From: Bacillota bacterium
GTDB taxonomy: Bacteria; Bacillota_I; Bacilli_A; RFN20; CAG-826
DNA length: 42,513 nt
Reading direction: 5' to 3'
NCBI GenBank assembly: GCA_039799785.1
Contig: JBDLRZ010000061.1
Coordinates: forward strand, 1-42,513
In this document: piece by piece, positions 36,818 through 42,513 of the stretch
Numbering within the stretch: position 1 is the first letter of the stretch
Layout of the letters: each line of letters opens with the position of its first letter
The notes under the pieces: model-generated
Seen by the model: only the letters and a program-made list of their open reading frames with translations
Databases searched by the model: none
Told to the model about the DNA's origin: nothing
Made by a program: the position numbers and the translations under genes

Positions 36818-37626
36818 CCCACTTAATGTTCGATGGTTATGGCGTAAAAGCAACGATTCCACTTGGGGATAGTAACTTTATCAATCAAACCATTAATTTA
36901 GTGCTTTTTGATTTAAAAATTAAACCAATTTCCCCTGCTTATTTGCTTCCCTATGATTATGGCTTAGTTCCGCTTGATGAAGGATTATCAAGTTATATAT
37001 TTTTAGACGGAGGCCATTTAACTATTCATACGTTCCCGTTACGGGGTTGCTACTTTGTTGACTTAAGTACACAAGTTAATATTGATCCAAAGTTATTCCA
37101 AAAGGTTTTACAACGTTACTGGCCAAGTGCGATGGAAAAAAGTCGATTATTTTCAGCAGATCGAAATGGTCTTAACCAATCTGAACCGTTTGATCCAAAA
37201 TCTGTATTTGGACCGCACGTCATGGCAACGATTCAATTGAAATCTCCCATTAATCTCGAAACCTCAAACCGTTTTTTAGAAGGGTTAATTCAAGATATTG
37301 GTATGACGCCTATTACTAGAGCTTTTGGGTTATACAATCAATATCACAACCCAACTTTTTTATCGAGCATTGTGATGATCGCTGAATCGCACTTATCCAT
37401 CCATGTAAACTTAAAGCAGAACGTGATGTACTTTGATATTTTTTCTTGCAAAATGTTTGACTATGCGAGTGTTCAAGGATTACTTGAAAATATGGGAAAA
37501 GTGAAAAGTTGGCACGTCGTTCCACGCGGTGAAAAACACGATCCACGCTCTACAAATAGACAAGCTAAGACGTCGATGAGTTCTAAAGCAAAGCAAGCCT
37601 TAAATTGGTGGAAAGATACCAAATGA
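36814..37626 (+). CDS. Tandem two-domain S-adenosylmethionine decarboxylase (SpeD)-family proenzyme
   Basis: Domain 1: HLMFDGY..GLSSYIFLDGGHLTIHTFP..YFVDLST. Domain 2: FGPHVM..LSSIVMIAESHLSIHV..YFDIFSCK, with an intact E-S cleavage site and catalytic Cys. Confidence 0.88.
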   Translation: MTHLMFDGYGVKATIPLGDSNFINQTINLVLFDLKIKPISPAYLLPYDYGLVPLDEGLSSYIFLDGGHLTIHTFPLRGCYFVDLSTQVNIDPKLFQKVLQRYWPSAMEKSRLFSADRNGLNQSEPFDPKSVFGPHVMATIQLKSPINLETSNRFLEGLIQDIGMTPITRAFGLYNQYHNPTFLSSIVMIAESHLSIHVNLKQNVMYFDIFSCKMFDYASVQGLLENMGKVKSWHVVPRGEKHDPRSTNRQAKTSMSSKAKQALNWWKDTK

Positions 37627-38585
37627 AATCCTTAAATATTGGAGTGCTTACTTCTGGTGGTGACTCACCTGGAATGAATGCTGCTATTCGAGCAATCATT
37701 CGTGCTGGCATTAGTCATGGCCATCAAATGTATGCCATTTACAATGGTTATCGCGGATTAGTCTCGGGTCAAATCGAAAAAGTAGATCGCTCCTTTGTTT
37801 CACAAATCATTAATAAGGGTGGAACCATACTTCGTTCTGCTCGCCTTCCGGAATTTATCGATGCCAATATTCGCGAAGAAGGCGTTAAGCAACTTAAAAA
37901 ATTCGGAATTAATGCTTTGGTCGTCATTGGTGGAGATGGTACCTACCGTGGTGCAAAAGATTTATCAGATATGGGAATCAACTGTATTGGTTTACCTGGC
38001 ACAATTGATAATGATATTGCATGCACCGATTACACCATTGGATTTGATACATGTCTCAATACGATTGTTACGGCAGTCGATAAACTGCGTGATACGACCT
38101 TCTCACATCAACGCTGCTCCATTATAGAAGTCATGGGTAATCGCGCAGGAGATCTGGCGATTTATGCAGGCTTGGCATGTGGCGCAGAATTAACCATTTC
38201 CGGTGATAATTTTATGCCGTTACAAGAAATGATTGAACGTTTAAAATTTCAAAAAGCTACCAGTAAAAACCACGCGATGGTGATCGTTTCTGAAAAATTA
38301 TTTGATCTTCAAGAACTTGCTCGTTTTATTCAACAAGAAACCGGTTTTGAAGTGAGAACGGAAGTTTTAGGACGCATACAACGAGGTGGTTCTCCTTCTG
38401 CTTTTGATCGCATTCTTGCCTCACGGATGGGCGAATACGCCGTGCAATGTTTAAATGAAGGGAAGACCAGTCGCTGTATTGGAGTCCGCGGCCAAGAACT
38501 TGTGGATTTTGATATTTACGAAGCACTTGCTATGCAACGAGCAAAGCATACTAGCATCGTAAATGTGATTGATCGGTTGAAATAA
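37623..38585 (+). CDS. pfkA: ATP-dependent 6-phosphofructokinase
   Basis: TSGGDSPGMN, GGDGTY, PGTIDND, EVMG, QRGG..DR. Start at ATG 37623 (ATGA overlap) rather than TTG 37605. Confidence 0.97.
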   Translation: MKSLNIGVLTSGGDSPGMNAAIRAIIRAGISHGHQMYAIYNGYRGLVSGQIEKVDRSFVSQIINKGGTILRSARLPEFIDANIREEGVKQLKKFGINALVVIGGDGTYRGAKDLSDMGINCIGLPGTIDNDIACTDYTIGFDTCLNTIVTAVDKLRDTTFSHQRCSIIEVMGNRAGDLAIYAGLACGAELTISGDNFMPLQEMIERLKFQKATSKNHAMVIVSEKLFDLQELARFIQQETGFEVRTEVLGRIQRGGSPSAFDRILASRMGEYAVQCLNEGKTSRCIGVRGQELVDFDIYEALAMQRAKHTSIVNVIDRLK

Positions 38586-38586
38586 C

Positions 38587-40044
38587 ATGATGTATCGATT
38601 TGATAAAAAGACGAAAATTGTTGCTACGATAGGCCCCGCATCAGAAACCTATGAAAAACTTTTAGAGTTGGTGGATGCTGGCATGAATGTCATGCGGGTC
38701 AACTTTTCCCATGGAGACTATCCAACCCATTTAAAGAAAATTGAAATGGCTCGTCGCTTAGAAAAAGAAAAAGGCATTTTTATTCCTGTGATGCTGGATT
38801 CACGTGGTCCAGAAATACGTGTGGGCATGTTTGAAAATGATTCAGCCTTGATAAAACAAGATAGTGTCGTACGTGTCAGTATGAAACCATTATTAGGTAA
38901 TGCGGAAATTTTTTCCGTTTCCTATGCCGATTTATATGAGGATGTTAAGGTTGGCGATCAATTGAGAATTGATGATGGTAATTTAGCGCTCTTAATCGTT
39001 GAAAAAGATCGCATTAACCATCAACTTGTGTGTAAAGCTTTGAATACGCATACCATTAAAAATCGCAAAGGTTTAAATGCACCATTTGCTCGATTATCCA
39101 TGCCGTTTATTTCTGCCCAAGATGAAGCAGATTTTAAATTTGGATGTGAACATGATGTGAACTATATTGCAGCAAGTTTTACAAGAAGAAAACAAGATGT
39201 TTTGGACATTCGAGCCATTTTAGAAAAATATGGTAAACCCAATATTCAAATCATTGCAAAAATTGAAAACCCTGAAGGCGTTAGTAACTTAGAAGAAATC
39301 CTTGAAGTCGCCGATGGGATCATGGTTGCACGTGGAGATTTGGGTGTTGAAATTGCCGCCGAGCAAGTTCCAATCGTTCAAAAAAGAATTGTATCGATGT
39401 GTCGCCGAGTTGGTAAACCCGTGATTACGGCTACGCAAATGTTAGATAGCATGGTGAACATGCCTAGACCAACACGCGCAGAAGTTTCTGATGTGGCGAA
39501 TGCGATCTTGGAAAGTAGTGATGCTGTGATGTTATCTGCAGAGTCTGCCAGTGGAAAATATCCAGTTGAATCCGTGAATATGCAAGCCAAGATTGCCCAA
39601 ACCATGGAAAAAGAATTGGACTATTTAAAGATGTCCAATCAAGCCTATGAAAGTAGCAAAAAAATCAATTCGGATGCCATTGCCAATTCTGTTGCGAATA
39701 CAGCATTGCTAATTAACGCTCAAGCAATCATTACCTTTACTGAAACTGGTGGGGCCGCAAGACGAATTGCCAAAGCGAGACCCGCTTGTCCAATCTTTGC
39801 AATCAGTGATCGCCGAGAAACCGTATTATCATTAGGTTTAGTGTGGGGTGTATATGCATTTTATGCAAAAACTTTACCTCAATTTATTGAAGACATGGAA
39901 GCGTTTGCCATCTTAAAAGCTAGACAAATCGGTTTAAAGCCAGGTGCAAATATCCTCCTTACCGGTGGTGTTCCTACGGGTGTAGGTTCCACAAATTTTA
40001 TGAAAATTTTAACGTTAAAGGATGTTAAAGAAGAATCGTTATGA
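38587..40044 (+). CDS. pyk: Pyruvate kinase
   Basis: KTKIVATIGPAS, RVNFSHG, KIEN, MVARGDLGVE, ATQMLDSM, PTRAEVSDV, SGKYP. Confidence 0.98.
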   Translation: MMYRFDKKTKIVATIGPASETYEKLLELVDAGMNVMRVNFSHGDYPTHLKKIEMARRLEKEKGIFIPVMLDSRGPEIRVGMFENDSALIKQDSVVRVSMKPLLGNAEIFSVSYADLYEDVKVGDQLRIDDGNLALLIVEKDRINHQLVCKALNTHTIKNRKGLNAPFARLSMPFISAQDEADFKFGCEHDVNYIAASFTRRKQDVLDIRAILEKYGKPNIQIIAKIENPEGVSNLEEILEVADGIMVARGDLGVEIAAEQVPIVQKRIVSMCRRVGKPVITATQMLDSMVNMPRPTRAEVSDVANAILESSDAVMLSAESASGKYPVESVNMQAKIAQTMEKELDYLKMSNQAYESSKKINSDAIANSVANTALLINAQAIITFTETGGAARRIAKARPACPIFAISDRRETVLSLGLVWGVYAFYAKTLPQFIEDMEAFAILKARQIGLKPGANILLTGGVPTGVGSTNFMKILTLKDVKEESL

Positions 40045-40877
40045 AGTATGTGATTGCGCTCGATATTGGCGGAACAAATTTGAGGGCAGCCCTTGTAAAT
40101 GAATCCTATCAAATCCTCGATCTCGTTGTGGAGTCGACGCCATTAAATGACATCAATGCTTTTCTTATGCAAGTGAAGAAAAGTATTGATACTTTATTGA
40201 AAAAACAACCCAATATTCATGCAATTGCATGCGGAGTGCCTGGAAGAGTTGATGTCTTGGGTGGTATCGATATTCTTCCAAATATTGGCATCAGAAATGT
40301 ACCTTTACAATCCTTTTTAGAAACAACCTTTCAACGCCCAGTTGTGATTAAAAATGATGCAGTGATGGCAGCAGTCGCTGAAGGAAATTTAGGTTATGGA
40401 AAAGCGTTAGAATCAAGCTACTTTATAACGATTTCTACTGGTATTGGTGCTGCCTTTATTGCCAATCACGAATTAAGACATAGTTCAGAGGAAGCTGGGC
40501 ATATGCTGGTTCAACTAGGTGATCATGTTGAAGAATTAGAAAAAGTTGCCAGTGGACAAGGCATCGTTCAATTAGCAGCATTTCATGGTGTTTCAATTCC
40601 AGATGCAAAAACTTTTTTTGAACGTTATGGAAATGGGGATACTTCAATTAAACCAATTTTTAATCATTGGTTGGGATATGTTACAGATTTTTTAAAATGG
40701 GTAGATCATTACTATCAACCTAAAGCCTTTATTCTTACGGGTGGCGTCATGAAATCAAAAGCTTATTTCTGGAAAGAATTACAGGCAGCTGTTCCGCATA
40801 TTCCACTCGCATTAGCCCAATTCGGACAAGACGCTGGGATTATCGGTGCAGCAAACTTAGCCTTTGCCGTGAAATAA
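40041..40877 (+). CDS. ROK family sugar kinase (probable glucokinase)
   Basis: ALDIGGT, GVPG, NDA..A..E, STGIG, EAGH, LE..ASG, GGV, AGIIGAA; no HTH domain. Confidence 0.88.
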   Translation: MKYVIALDIGGTNLRAALVNESYQILDLVVESTPLNDINAFLMQVKKSIDTLLKKQPNIHAIACGVPGRVDVLGGIDILPNIGIRNVPLQSFLETTFQRPVVIKNDAVMAAVAEGNLGYGKALESSYFITISTGIGAAFIANHELRHSSEEAGHMLVQLGDHVEELEKVASGQGIVQLAAFHGVSIPDAKTFFERYGNGDTSIKPIFNHWLGYVTDFLKWVDHYYQPKAFILTGGVMKSKAYFWKELQAAVPHIPLALAQFGQDAGIIGAANLAFAVK

Positions 40878-41121
40878 TTGCACTTCGTTAAATTCGTTAT
40901 ATAATTAAGTTAACGTTCAAGAAGCTTTGTGAATTGATATCGCGATTAGAGAGTTAAGAAGCGTTGGTGAAATCTTAACCGCATCCCATTCCACATCACC
41001 ACTTCTATTAAAAGTAACGTACCGTTTGCTCGCGTTAAGAGCCATGAGTGTACATGCCCTACGCATGTAAATTAAGGTGGTACCACGCACGTGAAGCGTC
41101 CTTATGAATGGACGTTTTTTT
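40878..41121 (+). promoter_or_regulatory. Promoter and T-box riboswitch (Thr) upstream of thrS
   Basis: TTGCAC-N16-TATAAT (40878-40905); AGAGA and GGTGA Stem I motifs; candidate ACC specifier at 40998-41000; T-box AAGGTGGTACCACG at 41074-41087; terminator GCGTCC..GGACGT plus T-tract. Confidence 0.95.
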
Positions 41122-41137
41122 ATTTAAAGGAGAAACT

Positions 41138-42513
41138 ATGATCATTACCCTACCCGATGGCAAAACCATGAATCTAAATCCCGGCACAACGGGACTCGAT
41201 GTGGCAACGCAAATTTCACCATCCTTAGCAAAGCGCGTCCTCGCTTACGCGTTGGATGGTCAGCTTTTTGATTTGTATTGGCCCATTCCTAAAGATGGTC
41301 AATTTAAATTACTAACAGAAAAAGATCCAGAAACTTTAATGATGCTTCGTCATGATGCTTCGCACTTATTGGCTCAGGCTATCATCGCGTTGTATCCAGG
41401 TACAAAATTCGGTGTTGGTCCTGCCATCGATGAAGGTTTTTATTATGATATGGATCTATCACAACCCATCAGTGAAGAAGATTTCCCAAAAATAGAAGCA
41501 AAAATGCTTGAGCTTTCAAAACAAGCTTTTCCAATTTCTAGAAAAGAAATTTCAAAGCAAGATGCGCTAATCATGTTCAAAGATGACCCCTATAAGACGG
41601 AAATGATTCAAGCATTAACGGGTACGATTTCAATTTATACCCAAGGTGCTTTTACCGACTTATGTTTGGGGCCTCACTTTATCAATACGAGTTATAACCA
41701 AAACTTTAAATTATTAACCACCGCGGGCGCTTATTGGCGTGGAGATAGCAAAAATAAACAACTGACACGAATCTATGGCACAGCATTTTTTAATAAAAAG
41801 GATTTAGATGCTTATGTTGTCATGCTAGAAGAAAGAAAAAAACGTGATCATCGAAAATTAGGTAAAGAACTTGGTTTATTTATGATTTCAGATTATGGTC
41901 CGGGTTTTCCTTTCTGGTTAAATAAGGGCATGGTTTTAAGAAAAACATTAGAGAATTTCTGGATCGACGTTCATCGTGCTGCTGGTTATCAACTTGTGCA
42001 AACACCCACCATGTTATCCAAAGAATTATGGGAAACGTCAGGCCATTGGTTTAATTACCGCGACAACATGTATGTTTCAGAAGTCGATGAAAAAGAATAT
42101 GCCATCAAACCAATGAACTGTCCTGGTAGCATGCTTGTATATAAAAATGAGTTCTACTCTTATAAGGATTTACCAATTCGAATGGGTGAATTAGGAAACG
42201 TCCATCGCCATGAGGCAAGTGGTGCCTTATCAGGATTATTCCGCGTTCGTAACTTTACGCAAGATGATGCCCATATTTATTGCACGCCAGAACAACTCGA
42301 AAGTGAAGTCAGAGAAATTGTAAAATTATTTGATTTCTTTTATAAAAAAGTATTCCATATCGATTATGATGTTTACCTTTCCACACGCCCAGAAAATAAA
42401 TATATCGGTACACTTGAAACTTGGGAAAAGTCAGAAAAAGCTCTTGGTGATGCACTCACTGGCATGGGGAAAACTTATAAAGTCAATCCAGGAGACGGAG
42501 CCTTTTATGGACC
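41138..42513 (+). CDS. thrS: Threonine--tRNA ligase, partial (runs off the window); not in the ORF track
   Basis: SD AAAGGAG; MIITLPDG TGS domain, RHDASHLLAQA, GPAIDEGFYYD, DLCLGPH, GAYWRGD, RDHRKLG, KPMNCPG, HRHEASG, RVRNFTQDDAH. Confidence 0.98.
   Translation, partial: MIITLPDGKTMNLNPGTTGLDVATQISPSLAKRVLAYALDGQLFDLYWPIPKDGQFKLLTEKDPETLMMLRHDASHLLAQAIIALYPGTKFGVGPAIDEGFYYDMDLSQPISEEDFPKIEAKMLELSKQAFPISRKEISKQDALIMFKDDPYKTEMIQALTGTISIYTQGAFTDLCLGPHFINTSYNQNFKLLTTAGAYWRGDSKNKQLTRIYGTAFFNKKDLDAYVVMLEERKKRDHRKLGKELGLFMISDYGPGFPFWLNKGMVLRKTLENFWIDVHRAAGYQLVQTPTMLSKELWETSGHWFNYRDNMYVSEVDEKEYAIKPMNCPGSMLVYKNEFYSYKDLPIRMGELGNVHRHEASGALSGLFRVRNFTQDDAHIYCTPEQLESEVREIVKLFDFFYKKVFHIDYDVYLSTRPENKYIGTLETWEKSEKALGDALTGMGKTYKVNPGDGAFYG

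Noticed and set aside
1-42513. Search for CRISPR arrays, IS elements, integrases, prophage or defence genes
   Set aside because: None seen; intergenic gaps are short and explained by promoters, terminators and T-boxes.

Overview
An AT-rich, very compact housekeeping region from a Bacillota (Bacilli) chromosome using genetic code 11; TGA is a stop in several ATGA overlaps. Gene content suggests a genome-reduced, possibly wall-less lineage (inference). I see no mobile element, CRISPR array or prophage. In order, the window holds: a partial hypothetical gene, tRNA-Arg(UCU), uvrC, mutS2, rnhC, rluD, lspA and ileS (T-box); a stripped-down cell-division cluster (mraZ-rsmH-membrane ORF-58 aa ORF-ftsA-ftsZ); pheT/pheS (T-box), a SPOUT methyltransferase, a YgjP-like protein, an M42 peptidase, a dimeric dUTPase, glgP and glgB; ackA, nrnA, dnaE, polA and a fused mutM-coaE; inverted dnaB-dnaI; a tandem-duplicated SpeD-like decarboxylase heading pfkA-pyk-ROK; and a partial thrS (T-box). 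The most notable observations are four. (1) A two-domain pyruvoyl decarboxylase with one degenerate and one intact domain, preceded by a candidate leaderless 7-codon uORF coupled to its start codon. (2) A minimal divisome with an unannotated DivIB-like mini-protein and an FtsA with altered nucleotide motifs and no obvious membrane helix. (3) The Fpg-CoaE fusion. (4) Repeated leaderless gene starts.
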